A DNA stretch of 64,000 nucleotides, taken from the NCBI RefSeq assembly GCF_006345805.1, contig NC_042998.1, positions 135,656,001 to 135,720,000 on the forward strand. The letters are read 5' to 3'. Below are positions 62,931 to 64,000 of the stretch, one piece after another. The translations under genes and the position numbers were made by a program. This DNA comes from Octopus sinensis. Its lineage: Eukaryota. How positions within the stretch are numbered: the first letter of the stretch is position 1; each line of letters opens with the position of its first letter. The notes beneath the pieces were generated by a model. It was not told the DNA's origin, did not search any database, and was given only the letters and a program-made list of their open reading frames with translations.

Positions 62931-64000
62931 TGGATGCACAAAAACCTTTAAGGAAACTAAAAGAAAATTTTTTTTTAAAAAAGGGTTAAAACATAAATTA
63001 AAGCTAAATAAGCAGAACTAATGGAAAACACACAGAATGAGAAAGAGTTTCAAAAAGCCTGGAAGTTAGGGAATGGTAAACAAAGTAAATAATTATGGCT
63101 TTATCTGATATTTTCATTGTTTGTGGTTATGATTAGAAAATTAGATTTTTATATATCTTGAGGAAAGGGGGAAAAAAGGGAAACATTGCAAAACAATGTT
63201 TGTAATATCCAAATAAAAATATACCATTTACCATTTTGTTGAGAAACAATTTTGAAATATCACAGATGAAGTTGAATTTAGGTTTTTTTTTGTTATTCAG
63301 TAGTACCACTAGTTAGAAGTAGTACTAAATTATTAAATATACACACAAAATATGAAACAGTTCTACCAATCACCACGAAAAATTGCAAAGTAATGTTTTT
63401 TTTTCCATTTTTTCCTAAAATTGTTATACTAGTTAGAACTAGCTAGAAATAGGTTAAACAATATTGAATTGATGAACCAAATACAATGCATTAAGCATGA
63501 CAAGTTGTGCCAAACAGTTTTACTAGTTACATTGACTTTGCAACAATTTAAATATATCATTAATTAATTATAAATTAATACTACATCATTAATTCTAAAG
63601 GTTGCTCAATAATTTACAGTGATTATTAAGATATATTTGAATTGAGAAATTACTTCACTGTATTTTGTGAGAAAAATTTAAACATGGTTCATGATTTAAA
63701 CACACACACATGACTCATACACATAAACAAGAATATTGATTTTCATACAGTTTTCAGAAGTAGAAATAGTGTATTTTGAATGTTAAACCTGCTGTAAAAT
63801 GAAATCTTCAGAGAATTCTATGACTGGTGAGTTGAAGAAATTAAGGGTGTTCATAGCAAAATGGCTTAATATATACAAGGGATGACTGGAAGTAAAACAG
63901 CTAAGATGGACGGACAGACAGATACCGAGTAGGTAGGATAGGTTACAGTTACAGAAAAGATAGAGAGACAATTACATACATGGTGAGCTAACATTAACAG

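Overview
AT-rich, repeat-dense animal genomic DNA. The SINE families and the compound (AT)/(GT) microsatellites suggest an octopus or other cephalopod; this is an inference and no search was run. Most of the window is one complete + strand MAGUK p55-family gene (MPP6/PALS2-MPP2/varicose type; L27-L27-PDZ-SH3-HOOK-GK). I assembled it by hand from 14 GT-AG coding exons with matching phases (ATG 2671 to TAA 48240; 1650 nt, 549 aa), including a 21-nt microexon. Introns and the 3' flank hold decayed CR1/L2 and RTE LINEs, a Penelope-like element, Tc1/mariner elements, a non-autonomous Helitron, piggyBac-like MITEs and many tRNA-derived SINEs. Three signals are not explained by this annotation. (1) A chain of minus-strand exon-like segments with RGS-domain-like motifs, mostly broken by stops, runs antisense through the whole MAGUK gene; it may be a decayed RGS22/RGSL1-like gene. 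(2) Several degenerate Penelope-type hammerhead ribozyme motifs lie in introns, two of them in the arms of a 780-bp palindrome. (3) Several long fold-back structures and inverted TE pairs could form intronic dsRNA. Repeat boundaries are approximate unless a TSD or TIR is quoted.
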